From Candidatus Delongbacteria bacterium (lineage in GTDB: Bacteria > CAIWAD01): a stretch of 64,000 nt of DNA. Where the stretch lies: contig OY760505.1 of the NCBI GenBank assembly GCA_963663545.1, positions 1,920,001-1,984,000 on the forward strand, given 5' to 3'. Each line of letters opens with the position of its first letter. The first letter of the stretch is position 1. The translations under genes were made by a program, and so were the position numbers. Positions 32,228 to 42,107 of the stretch are shown piece by piece. The notes below the pieces were generated by a model. It did not search any database and was not told the origin of the DNA. It saw only the letters and a list, made by a program, of their open reading frames with translations.

Positions 32228-35200
32228 CGTGATACATTCTCGCACACTCATTTTGGCAGCAGCGCTCGGTGCCATATTCCAGAGCGCGGCCGCGTTAACG
32301 GTTCCCGCCACTACGGGAGTACGGGTCGAGCAACTCACGCCGCAACGTGTTCATCTGCAATTGGTGGATGCCTACGCCGTGGGTCCTGTTCAACTAGTAT
32401 TGGAAAGTGCCGGGGCACGACTGATCGCGTGTGACACGGCGGGGCGTGAATTCAGCCCCGTTGCACGAGAAATCAGTCGACAGCGCGATTCGCGACGGAT
32501 GGGTCTCAGTATGCCCGCCGATGTGTTGCGTGAGGGCGTAACTCTGCGAGAAGAGGGGCTTCTTCCTGATTCGCGCTCTCTGGTAGGACCCCTTTCCGCT
32601 GTCGATGCGGACGAGTGGGCGCCTTATGCTTTTCTGCGAATTGAAGTCGCAGAGACGGGCATGTATCGTATCACGCGGGAATGGTTGTCTGACTCGCTGC
32701 GGGATTTTGACGTAGACTTGCAGAGTGACACGCGTAACTGGACACTGGTGCACAATGATGTCCCTGTGCCCATTTGGTTTGAAGGTGGCGACGACGGCGT
32801 GTTCGATTCACAGGACGCGATTGTGTTCTGGGCAGAGTACACGCAAGTGGAAATGGAGGATCGCGGTCCCGACACCTGGATGGATCCGTGGACGAGTCTT
32901 GAAACCTACATGCTGTGCTACAGGGCGGGTTACCCGGGTGTGCGCATGGCCCAGGAATCGGGCGAACTCGTCTCTACAAATCCGGACGACTACGTCACAC
33001 CGGTAAGTTTTCCCGACACACGTCATTACGAAGAAAACACATATGTATCGCGCTTGACCAGAGTTTTTGGTGACACACAACCTGATAACGAATCCTGGGG
33101 AAGCGGAATCTATGCTGGCGAACTGCGCAATTTCCAATTTCAAACTCCTGGTCTCGACAGGACCTCTTCGCTGTCGCCAAAACTGCGCGTGTGCCTGCGG
33201 GGATTCAGTGCTTCAGCGTACTCTGCAGAGTATGAGATCATTCAACGCGCTCAGATCTACCTGAACAATTTGGGCGGCGAAAGCATGGAAGTCGGTGCGG
33301 CCGGCGACTGGGGAAACCAGGCCTTGCGCATCGTGGAGTTTGGTGAAGAGACCTTTTCGGATCACACAGAGCTGGAGAGCCTGAACAATGTCGTACGCAT
33401 AGCGTGTCTTGATCAGGCTCCGGCAGACGATCGCAGCGCGGTGGTGCTGAATTGGTTCGAGCTGACCTATCAGCACAAATATGTCGCAACAGACGATGAG
33501 CTTGTCTTTGGCGCAGGCGACGAGCTGGACAATCAGTTGGTGTACTTCGATCTGCAGGGCTTCAGCAATGAACACGTCGACCTGTACAAACTGGGGAGCT
33601 CCAGCTTTCGAAATCATCTCATTCGCCGAGACGATCAAGGGTGGCGTGTGCGTTTTCAGGATGTCTACAGTCGTGACACGCGATACATCGCGCTTGGCGA
33701 TGACGCGTATCACACACCATTCCGTGTTCGTCCTGCAGAAGTACACGACCTGGCCGGTAACCTAGGTGGAGCCGCATATCTGATTGTTCTTTGTGATACG
33801 CTATACCGGGCTGGTGGCGCAGACGTGCTACAGCCTCTGGTGGATCACCTCGAACAGACCGTTGGCAACGTATTGCTCGTCAGCGATCGTTGGATCTACG
33901 ACGAGTTCAGTTCTGGCCGCTACCGGCCACACGGCATTCGCCGACTGCTGCAAACTGCTTGGCTGCGTTGGAACGAGGCCCCCGAGTATCTGTTGATGAT
34001 CGGCAGCGGCTCGCTGCAGCAGCGCTTTTCCGCGGAGGAAGAAGCGCCGACGTTACCTATCTATTATTCGCAGATGCGCAACTGGGGCGCAGCCTCCATT
34101 GATGATTGGTATACACGCACTTCGGCTGGGCATTGGCTGGGTACAATGCCTGCGCGATGGCCGGCAGAAAACCTGGAAGAGTTGCAGAACATGGTGGACA
34201 AGGTCCTGGCGTATGATGCGCAGACCTCGGCTGCCTGGAACAACTCGCTGCTAATGGTTGCCGGTGCGAAGGCGGTGGACGAGGGCGCGTTTCAAGCGCA
34301 CATGGAAGAGCTGATTCGCTACCATCTGCCGCATCGATTTTTCATTCGTCGCATCGAAGCCGGTGAAACTGGTGTGCGCTACATCGGTGGTCGGCAGGAA
34401 CTACTGGATTTCCTCGCACAGGGACAGGTCTTGGTCAATTATCACGGTCACGGTGGTAGTGATGTGTGGTACGACAACGATCTGTTGCGCGGGGAGGACG
34501 TTGCCCTGATGACAAACGAAGACCGGCTTCCCTTTGTGACCAACGTGACCTGTTTCATTGTATCACCGGAACCAGAAGAAACACTGGGTCGCAATCTGCT
34601 CAACACGGGACAGATGGGGGCAATCGGTGTCATGGGGTCGACCGCTGTTACCTTTCAGGAAGCGGGCAGCGAGCTGGGCAACTACTTCTACGATTACATT
34701 ACCAACAACCCGGAACTTAGCGTCGGGCAGGCTCTGCGTCTGGCCAAGGAGCGCATGTTTCTGTTGTATGTTAACGGCAGTAGTGAGGAGCAAACAGCTG
34801 CAGAAGCCGCCGCCGACATGATGGCCATTCTTGGACTTCCATCGCAGCAACTGCATTTGTCTCACGAAAGTCCGCTTGTCGTTGCCCTTGATCCACCCGT
34901 TGTCCGGCAGGGAGCTGGGTTCGTGATACAGGGTACGACGAATGGAAGCAGCATGGAACTGCAGGCAGAGCTCTACTCTGAATACGCTGACCCGTACCAG
35001 ACAAGCGAAGACTATGTCAACGATGTGTACCGCGTGTCGGGTAGTGCGCAAGGGAGTCAGGGCTGGTCGTTAGAGGTGGAAACCCCCAGCTCGTTGTTTC
35101 GTGGCGGTACGCCAGCTTCTGCTCGAGTGGTGATGGTGACCACCGACGGTGTTGAGGCCTCCGCTGCTGAGTTTTTCTTTGCCGACAGCCTTTCGTCGCT

Positions 35201-36845
35201 CTATCTGTGGGATGCGGCATTCATTCCGGAAACACCGCGTCCGGGTGATACGGCATCCTTTCGAGTGCGTGCGGCGGCTCCGGCTGACATTGACAGCCTT
35301 GTGATGCATACTATGCTGTATCACGTAAATGGCGATTCGATTGGTATGAGTACCAGGCTAGGCTTGATTCAGCAGAATCCGGACGACGCCACGCTCTACG
35401 GTAGTGAGGCAATACTGGGGCCGCTGCAAGAGGACGACTTGCTGAAGGTTGAGCTCGTGACACATTGGGGTGGTCAGAGTCAAGAAGGCGTGCCCATTTA
35501 TCTGCCTGTTGAGGTGGCAGCACCCTCCCTACAGGTTTCTTCTCTTGGGTATGGGCGCGACTTTGATGGTGCCATCGCTTTGCAGATCGACAATGTCGGC
35601 GATGCCGACTGTGCTAATGGCGATGCCACCTTGGTTATTCGTAATCAAAATGGTGATGTGATACAGCGGGAGATTCTGCCAACAATCGCGGCTGGTGCTC
35701 GCGAACAACGGCGTCTGCTGCTGCATGCCGGCATCTTGGGTGACAGCCTGAACTTTGCACTGGAGCCAGCGGAGCTCCTTGATGGTCTTTCCGGACTGCC
35801 GGAGACCCTTGTGCTGAATGAGCTGTTCATTAGCCTGGCGGATACTCTGCTGCAGGGAAACCGTCCGGTAACACAACACATCGACCTGGAGAGGCCTGCG
35901 GCTCCGGGAGCGCTGCTGGCCGTGCGTCTTGTTGATGACGCCAGCCTGCTGGAGCATCAACCGGGGTTGGAGCAGATTGGCAGCGCCGTGGCCTGGGAGT
36001 GGGTTCACGGAGAAGATGAGTTCGTTAACGGCGTGTATCACGTAGATGGATTGGACTCGCTACGTCTGGCGAACCTGAGTTTGCTATCGCTTTCATCTCG
36101 CGCAGATTTTCTTGTATCACATTTACAAGGATCAGCCAGCTTGTCGTCTCAAACCGAGGACGCCTTGCGATTTGACTTCCAGCTAAAGGGCGGCGGCGTC
36201 GGTGCGGGTTGGTTCTATGACGAGGAAGCGCCCACACTTGAGTTGCAGATCGAAAATCAGATCTATAGTCCCGGAGGCTTTGTACCACGCGAGCCCTCCT
36301 TTTCGTTGATTCTGACGGACCGTAACGGAATTGATGAGGGCAATGGTCTCACGCTTTCGTTCGATGATGTGGTCGTGGATGCCGCTGATGTTGCATTCCA
36401 GGAGAACAGCAATCCGGGAAGAATGGTCCTGCGTGTTACACCGGATACTTACGGGGCTGATACCGACAGCTTGCACACTCTAGCGGTATCGAGTGCAGAT
36501 GCCGCTGGCAACCGCGCTGAGGCCGAATATCAGTTCTACCTTTCGGATGATTTTAGGCTGGAATACATCGGGAACTACCCCAATCCTTTCCAGCGTGAGA
36601 CACGCTTCGTTTTCAAGCTGACGGGTGTTGCCACACGCGCCAGTATTGAACTCTTCACCATTTCGGGGCGCCCCATTCGCACCTTGCGCGTCGATGGTCC
36701 CATCATCGATTACAACGAATTGATGTGGGATGGCCGGGACCAGCGGGGAGACCTCGTCGCGAACGGTGTGTATTTCTACCGCTTTGTAGCCCACCGCGAA
36801 GGCGGACAGATCGAATACGTTGGCAAAATGGCCAAGCTGAAGTGA
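32205..36845 (+). CDS. C25 (gingipain/PorU-like) cysteine peptidase with C-terminal FlgD-Ig/T9SS-type domain
   Basis: Signal peptide; IYDEFS, YHGHGG and NVTC (His/Cys dyad region), GAIGV; C-terminal NYPNPF..WDGRD..G..VANGVYFY. Start may be GTG 32229. Confidence 0.85.
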   Translation: MKSGITTDVIHSRTLILAAALGAIFQSAAALTVPATTGVRVEQLTPQRVHLQLVDAYAVGPVQLVLESAGARLIACDTAGREFSPVAREISRQRDSRRMGLSMPADVLREGVTLREEGLLPDSRSLVGPLSAVDADEWAPYAFLRIEVAETGMYRITREWLSDSLRDFDVDLQSDTRNWTLVHNDVPVPIWFEGGDDGVFDSQDAIVFWAEYTQVEMEDRGPDTWMDPWTSLETYMLCYRAGYPGVRMAQESGELVSTNPDDYVTPVSFPDTRHYEENTYVSRLTRVFGDTQPDNESWGSGIYAGELRNFQFQTPGLDRTSSLSPKLRVCLRGFSASAYSAEYEIIQRAQIYLNNLGGESMEVGAAGDWGNQALRIVEFGEETFSDHTELESLNNVVRIACLDQAPADDRSAVVLNWFELTYQHKYVATDDELVFGAGDELDNQLVYFDLQGFSNEHVDLYKLGSSSFRNHLIRRDDQGWRVRFQDVYSRDTRYIALGDDAYHTPFRVRPAEVHDLAGNLGGAAYLIVLCDTLYRAGGADVLQPLVDHLEQTVGNVLLVSDRWIYDEFSSGRYRPHGIRRLLQTAWLRWNEAPEYLLMIGSGSLQQRFSAEEEAPTLPIYYSQMRNWGAASIDDWYTRTSAGHWLGTMPARWPAENLEELQNMVDKVLAYDAQTSAAWNNSLLMVAGAKAVDEGAFQAHMEELIRYHLPHRFFIRRIEAGETGVRYIGGRQELLDFLAQGQVLVNYHGHGGSDVWYDNDLLRGEDVALMTNEDRLPFVTNVTCFIVSPEPEETLGRNLLNTGQMGAIGVMGSTAVTFQEAGSELGNYFYDYITNNPELSVGQALRLAKERMFLLYVNGSSEEQTAAEAAADMMAILGLPSQQLHLSHESPLVVALDPPVVRQGAGFVIQGTTNGSSMELQAELYSEYADPYQTSEDYVNDVYRVSGSAQGSQGWSLEVETPSSLFRGGTPASARVVMVTTDGVEASAAEFFFADSLSSLYLWDAAFIPETPRPGDTASFRVRAAAPADIDSLVMHTMLYHVNGDSIGMSTRLGLIQQNPDDATLYGSEAILGPLQEDDLLKVELVTHWGGQSQEGVPIYLPVEVAAPSLQVSSLGYGRDFDGAIALQIDNVGDADCANGDATLVIRNQNGDVIQREILPTIAAGAREQRRLLLHAGILGDSLNFALEPAELLDGLSGLPETLVLNELFISLADTLLQGNRPVTQHIDLERPAAPGALLAVRLVDDASLLEHQPGLEQIGSAVAWEWVHGEDEFVNGVYHVDGLDSLRLANLSLLSLSSRADFLVSHLQGSASLSSQTEDALRFDFQLKGGGVGAGWFYDEEAPTLELQIENQIYSPGGFVPREPSFSLILTDRNGIDEGNGLTLSFDDVVVDAADVAFQENSNPGRMVLRVTPDTYGADTDSLHTLAVSSADAAGNRAEAEYQFYLSDDFRLEYIGNYPNPFQRETRFVFKLTGVATRASIELFTISGRPIRTLRVDGPIIDYNELMWDGRDQRGDLVANGVYFYRFVAHREGGQIEYVGKMAKLK

Positions 36846-36852
36846 GTGATAC

Positions 36853-37872
36853 ATGAAGCACGCGATGCACATGATCCTGACGGCTGTCTGCGCGCTGTTG
36901 CTGCTGCCAGGGACACTTTTCGCTGGCAAGTATGCGGGCGAGTTTCTGGCGCTGGGCCTGGGTGCGCGCGGACTTGCCATGGGCCAGGCAATGACCGCAC
37001 TTAGCGATGATCCCTTTTCGTTCATCTGGAATCCCGCTGGCCTGGCACGCGTAGATCAGCGCTCGATCTCCGGAACAGCGGCAACGAACTTCGGCACGGT
37101 GGGAGATCCCCTCAGCAGTCACATGCATCTGGGATATACGATGCCCATTGGACCCGCAAACATCGCCATCAACTACGTGCGTTTGGCTATTAGCGAGATC
37201 CCGCGTTACCCCGGCTACTCCGACACGGACTACATCCTCGAGGAGCGGCGCCGATTAATTGAAGAACACGGTGGCGCTCCCGATGGATTTTTTGATGCCT
37301 CAGATCAGGCTTTGTATCTGAGTTTTGCCCGTATGAGTCAGTTCCAGTTGGGTTTCGGCTGGCTTTATCGACCTCTCGTGTTACGCGTTCCCTACGGAGT
37401 AAATGCAAAGGTTTTGTACTCGAATCTCGACTCAGAGAACGCACAAGGGCTTGGTGTGGACACTGGAATTCAGATGATCACACCGCTCTACGACATGCTT
37501 GGTTGGCGCTATCTTGGTGAACTCACGTTGGGTCTTCGCTTGGACAACATGACCAACACAGGCCTGAACTGGGATGGCGGCACGGATGCGATCAACTACA
37601 ATTGGGTGACCGGGCTTGCCTGGTCTACGGATATCGGTGATACAAAAATCGCGCTGGCCTGCGACTGGGATCATCGCTATGATACGACTCGTCATGCCGG
37701 TATCGAGCTCAGCTATCTCAACCGCGTCGCTCTGCGTCTTGGGCATCAGGGGCGTGACGGAGACATTACCTATGGCGCCGGTTTGCAGTTGGGGCACATC
37801 GGCATCGACTACGCTGGCCTGGAACACGTGCTCGGGCGCGTTCATCGAATGAGTTTCAGCTATGCTTTTTAG
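36853..37872 (+). CDS. PorV/PorQ-family outer-membrane protein
   Basis: YAGEFLALGLGARGLAMG..A..WNPAGLA; HRMSFSYAF C-terminus; follows the C25 gene. Confidence 0.82.
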   Translation: MKHAMHMILTAVCALLLLPGTLFAGKYAGEFLALGLGARGLAMGQAMTALSDDPFSFIWNPAGLARVDQRSISGTAATNFGTVGDPLSSHMHLGYTMPIGPANIAINYVRLAISEIPRYPGYSDTDYILEERRRLIEEHGGAPDGFFDASDQALYLSFARMSQFQLGFGWLYRPLVLRVPYGVNAKVLYSNLDSENAQGLGVDTGIQMITPLYDMLGWRYLGELTLGLRLDNMTNTGLNWDGGTDAINYNWVTGLAWSTDIGDTKIALACDWDHRYDTTRHAGIELSYLNRVALRLGHQGRDGDITYGAGLQLGHIGIDYAGLEHVLGRVHRMSFSYAF

Positions 37873-38680
37873 AATCATTTCCATTGCAGCCATGCTCATG
37901 CTGATCGCAGGGTGCGTAGAGAACACGGGCGATGAGGATACTACACCTCCTCAGGCACCGGTGTTGCGCGAAAAACTGTGTTACGGTGATGCACCGGAGT
38001 TCCCAGAGCAGGGCATTGATATTGAGTCTGGTTCGAGCGGAAGTCCAGGCATTCGTATTGAATGGATCCTACCCCAAGTGCCGGAAGATTTGGCGGGCTT
38101 TCGCGTCTATAGCGCAACGAGTCCGGACTCGGAGTTTGTATCACTTGGTTTTGATCCCCTGTCATTTTTGGATGATCCACAGGCCGAGTACTACTTCGCC
38201 GTAGATCGTGGTTCAATCTATCCTTCTGAACAGGTTCCATCCCACGGAAAGAGGCAGTGGTATTGTGTCACAGCGATCGACGACTCTGGCAACGAAAGTG
38301 CACCATCGGACACCGTGAGTTATCAGCTGTGGGATAGTTGCAACATCAGCGAATCACAAGTGGTCGTCGCGGACGACAGTCTGATCGTCGAATGGACCTA
38401 TGATCACGGCTGGCCCGATGGGCTGCGGGGGCACATGTGCTTTGTCGTACCAGCGTCCCGCGATAGCGTCTGCTGGTCGCATTTTGTTCAGCAGGATTTG
38501 GAGCAGCACGTTTTTCAGTTCCGTTGGAGTCTTGAGGACGAGCTGAGGCTGCTGCCCGGCGATTATCGCTTGCGCGTGGATACCGTCATTGATGCGGGCA
38601 CGATCTCTGATGCTGTATCCAATCCATCGGGATGCGCGCTTGCAGGCTCCGAATCTACTTGGATTTCCTTTACTTATTAG
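37862..38680 (+). CDS. lipoprotein with a fibronectin-III-like domain
   Basis: Lipobox IAGC; DTTPPQAP..W...DLAGFRVY..Y.VTAIDDSGNESAPS. Confidence 0.75.
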   Translation: MLFRIISIAAMLMLIAGCVENTGDEDTTPPQAPVLREKLCYGDAPEFPEQGIDIESGSSGSPGIRIEWILPQVPEDLAGFRVYSATSPDSEFVSLGFDPLSFLDDPQAEYYFAVDRGSIYPSEQVPSHGKRQWYCVTAIDDSGNESAPSDTVSYQLWDSCNISESQVVVADDSLIVEWTYDHGWPDGLRGHMCFVVPASRDSVCWSHFVQQDLEQHVFQFRWSLEDELRLLPGDYRLRVDTVIDAGTISDAVSNPSGCALAGSESTWISFTY

Positions 38681-38702
38681 CTTCTTGGCAAAGGAATGTG
38701 AC

Positions 38703-39206
38703 GTGATCAGACAACTGGAATACTTCGGCCGGATCCTTATTCTTATAGCAGCGCTACTGTTGCCGCTGCATGCGTTTGCTGAAATGGCCGCTCTGCAGCC
38801 GGTCCCGAACGAGACAAACAACGTTGCCCAGTACTTTCTGGGAGACCGTGACGGTATCTATATTACGGTCAACGTCTGGGGAAAAGTGCGCCGGCCGGGC
38901 CAATACAATGTTCCCAGTGGCACAGATCTGATGACGCTGCTTTCCGTAGCTGGTGGACCCGCGGAGAACGCGAAACTAAACGACGTTCGCATTATTCGGC
39001 AGATCAATCAGCACGAAGAGATATTGGACATCGACATCAGGCGTTACCTGGAAACGGGTGATCTCAGCCTGATTCCGGAGATTCGACCCGGTGATACAGT
39101 GCTTGTCAAAGGCAGCGGCTGGGCGGTTGTGCAAAAAGTCGTAAGCGCTATTGGACAAGTCGGAATTGTGTTGAACGCGATTGTTCTGTGGCAGCGGCTC
39201 GACTAG
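38703..39206 (+). CDS. SLBB-domain (Wza-like polysaccharide export) protein
   Basis: VNVWGKVRRPGQY..LLSVAGG..IIR..PGDTVLV; GTG start after AAGGA. Confidence 0.8.
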   Translation: MIRQLEYFGRILILIAALLLPLHAFAEMAALQPVPNETNNVAQYFLGDRDGIYITVNVWGKVRRPGQYNVPSGTDLMTLLSVAGGPAENAKLNDVRIIRQINQHEEILDIDIRRYLETGDLSLIPEIRPGDTVLVKGSGWAVVQKVVSAIGQVGIVLNAIVLWQRLD

Positions 39207-39231
39207 CGAGCACGGGTAGCGGAGGAAAAGG

Positions 39232-40428
39232 ATGAAGAAGGTTCTGGCGCTTTTCAGTGGATCTTTGCTGTTGGTCTCCTGCGCGTTTGCGACGCAGCAG
39301 TACCTTGGCGGCTATTCCCTGCCGAACACGATCACAGCGAACCCCCTGCCTCCTGGACGACTGTCGATCGGGTGGCAGACACGCACCTGGTTCAAGACGA
39401 TTGATGGCGCGATGTATTCTGACATCTCGCAAGCGGTGCCGATCGCTTTTGGCTTCAGTCGTCACACCGAGTTGGAACTGACGCCGATCATCTATCAGGA
39501 TCTCAACTTGAGCAGTGGTTCTGAAGGAGCCACATACAATGCCATGGACGATCTTTACGTCCGCTTCAAGTGGCTGGGCTATAACGTTAGCATGTTCAAC
39601 CGCACCTTCTCGCTCGGTTGGCATTTCAGCACTCGCATGGCCACGTCCAACTACACCAATGTGTATCTGGAGCCCTATTCCAGCGATTCCAACGAGCTGA
39701 GCCTGGGTAGTGTATTGAGCTACTTCAGCAACCAGCTTTATCCGGAAGAAGCCTGGAGTGCGCATTTCAACCTGACGTATCACAACTACAACGACGGCGG
39801 CAAGACCGACGATGTGGATTTGTTCTCGGGCTCCACTCAGGCGCTGGAATATGCGTTGGCTTATAAGAAGCCCGGGTTGCGCTGGGACATGGCAGCAGAG
39901 CTCTACGGAAATATCTACACCGACAAGCCTGGCAACTATGCTATCAATCCCACTTCGGCAGCATGGATCAAGCCAAGTATCAGCTACAAGATCTTCGCCG
40001 GTTTGTCCATCAACATGGGCATCGACGTGTTGCTCTTTGAAGATGCTCCGCACGAAGTCGTTTTGTACCGCCGTCCTGATGACACAACGCCGCTGCCCGA
40101 TGGCTTCACCTCGGCCTGGTCCAGGCCCTCTGCGGATTTTCCCGAGTTCAATCCGCCTTTCCGTTTCTGTTTTGGCCTGACCTTCCAGCCGTCAACGGCC
40201 TTTAATCGCATGGACACCTTCTCGCGCGATGTCCGTCCCGCCAGCCAGCGGGACTGGGAAAGTCGCCAGAGCACGGGTATGACAGAGCGCGAAATGATTG
40301 ACTGGTTGAGCTCCGAAGAGAACAGCGCCGAGTACCTCGACCTCGAGTTGGAGAAGATCCGTGCACAACGCCGCGCTGCCGAGCAGGAGCTCGAGCGCCT
40401 GCGTCGCAAGATGAACAGCGGCAACTGA
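39232..40428 (+). CDS. hypothetical outer-membrane protein with a C-terminal coiled coil
   Basis: Signal peptide, aromatic beta-strand pattern, ELEKIRAQRRAAEQELERLRRK tail. Confidence 0.7.
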   Translation: MKKVLALFSGSLLLVSCAFATQQYLGGYSLPNTITANPLPPGRLSIGWQTRTWFKTIDGAMYSDISQAVPIAFGFSRHTELELTPIIYQDLNLSSGSEGATYNAMDDLYVRFKWLGYNVSMFNRTFSLGWHFSTRMATSNYTNVYLEPYSSDSNELSLGSVLSYFSNQLYPEEAWSAHFNLTYHNYNDGGKTDDVDLFSGSTQALEYALAYKKPGLRWDMAAELYGNIYTDKPGNYAINPTSAAWIKPSISYKIFAGLSINMGIDVLLFEDAPHEVVLYRRPDDTTPLPDGFTSAWSRPSADFPEFNPPFRFCFGLTFQPSTAFNRMDTFSRDVRPASQRDWESRQSTGMTEREMIDWLSSEENSAEYLDLELEKIRAQRRAAEQELERLRRKMNSGN

Positions 40429-40450
40429 TTCCGTATCAGCAGAGATTCCC

Positions 40451-40470
40451 AGGGCCCCCGCGGGGGCCCT
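40451..40470 (+). terminator. GC hairpin/terminator
   Basis: Perfect 20-bp palindrome AGGGCCCCCGCGGGGGCCCT followed by TTCTT. Confidence 0.65.
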
Positions 40471-40480
40471 TTCTTGTACA

Positions 40481-41617
40481 ATGAAAATGCTGCTATCAAA
40501 GAAAGAGCATGTAGCACTCTTGGACTGGTTTGACCGCGAGGCGCGCGACCTGCCATGGCGCTACGAGCGCAGCTCCTATCGAGTCTGGATCAGCGAAGTC
40601 ATGCTGCAGCAGACACGTGTCTCCACGGTTGTCGACTACTACAAGCGCTTCATGACCGAGCTTCCGACGCTGCCGCATCTCGCGCGTGTTGACGAGGACC
40701 GCCTGCTAGCGCTGTGGTCGGGACTTGGCTATTACAGCCGAGCCCGCCGACTGAAGCAGGCTGCGCAAAGCGTTGTGATACATCACGGAGGTGAACTCCC
40801 GAGGGAGTACGCTTCTTTGGCCGCTTTGCCCGGATTTGGCCCCTACACGACAGCGGCCGTGCTTAGTCTGGCACACAATCAGGATTTTGCGGTGCTTGAT
40901 GGGAATGTGATACGCGTCTATAGCCGGCTGTTTGCCTTGGATAGTGATGTATCACAACCATCAACCCTTGTTGAGCTGCAGAGGGTTGCGGACACGAATT
41001 TGATGAAGGGGCGAGCCGGGAATTGGAACGAAGCGCTAATGGAGCTCGGCGCGCTTGTCTGCACGCCACGATCGCCATCGTGTGATACATGTCCGCTGCG
41101 CAGTTGCTGCCTAGCCCTGAAAGAGTGTCGCGTTCTTGAGCTTCCTCGAAAGCGAAAGAAGCCAACCAATCCTTGCTATCTGCAATCCAGCCTGCTACTG
41201 CTGGATCACGAGGATCGATTGCTGCTGGAGAGGCGGCCGGACACGGGCCTCCTGGCCGGGCTGTGGGCCTTGCCAGAGTTCCGCGGCCCGGAAGTTGAGC
41301 GGCGGAGGCTGCTGCGTCCAGAGAAGCAAGTAGCGCAACGAAGCGTTGTATCACAGGAGGAAGAGGTTCTCGGCCTTCATGCAGATCATCTTGCGATGCG
41401 CAAGTCAAAGGGTGATCCACTTGTTTTTGTTCGAAGTCTGCCCCCATTCTTGCATCACTATAGTCATTACTCGGTTGAGATTCATGGCGTCCTTTGCCGC
41501 CTGGCAGGCGTTGCAGAATCGCGCGATGCACAGCGCTGGTTGAAGGCGGGGGAGATTGTGGAAGAGGGGATCTCTGCGTCTGATCGTCGCTTGATCGAGC
41601 TCCTGTCATTGCTTTGA
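40481..41617 (+). CDS. mutY: A/G-specific adenine glycosylase MutY
   Basis: RDLPWR, WISEVMLQQT, WSGLGYYSRAR, LPGFGPYT, DGNVIRV, 4Fe-4S motif CTPRSPSCDTCPLRSCC. Confidence 0.95.
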   Translation: MKMLLSKKEHVALLDWFDREARDLPWRYERSSYRVWISEVMLQQTRVSTVVDYYKRFMTELPTLPHLARVDEDRLLALWSGLGYYSRARRLKQAAQSVVIHHGGELPREYASLAALPGFGPYTTAAVLSLAHNQDFAVLDGNVIRVYSRLFALDSDVSQPSTLVELQRVADTNLMKGRAGNWNEALMELGALVCTPRSPSCDTCPLRSCCLALKECRVLELPRKRKKPTNPCYLQSSLLLLDHEDRLLLERRPDTGLLAGLWALPEFRGPEVERRRLLRPEKQVAQRSVVSQEEEVLGLHADHLAMRKSKGDPLVFVRSLPPFLHHYSHYSVEIHGVLCRLAGVAESRDAQRWLKAGEIVEEGISASDRRLIELLSLL

Positions 41618-41668
41618 CAAGGTGTGATTTGCTGGTAGATTCCGCCCAGGGCAACCAAACTGGTGTCT

Positions 41669-42034
41669 ATGAAAAAACTATTGATCGCATTGCTACCGCT
41701 GTTGCTGGTGGCCTGTTCACCCGAAGAAGAGAGTGTTTCGTTGCGGTTGACAGTGACCGGAAATGTATCCACCGCCCTCGTGCAATATGCGGTAAATGGA
41801 TCCTGGAACTCGGTAGCTGCTGCAGAAATGCCCTGGAGTCTCGATCTGCAGGTTGAGGCAGGGGCGAGCCTGCACCTGTTCGCGCGCAGTGAAAACAGAG
41901 AGGCATCACTGGTCGCACTCGTGTATCACGGAGAGGCCTTGGTTGGTCAGGCGATGTCCTGTTTTTGCAACCTGGAGTACGTGTCTGTGGAGGTCATTCT
42001 CACAGGGGATGACTGGCCCTTGCAGGAAATCTAA
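41669..42034 (+). CDS. small lipoprotein
   Basis: MKKLL..LVAC lipobox. Confidence 0.7.
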   Translation: MKKLLIALLPLLLVACSPEEESVSLRLTVTGNVSTALVQYAVNGSWNSVAAAEMPWSLDLQVEAGASLHLFARSENREASLVALVYHGEALVGQAMSCFCNLEYVSVEVILTGDDWPLQEI

Positions 42035-42107
42035 ACAGGTCGAGTGTGGTCCCCTTGCCGTTACTCTGCTACTTTTCGCGGAACGAACAAGGCTCCGGAG
42101 TACAGCA

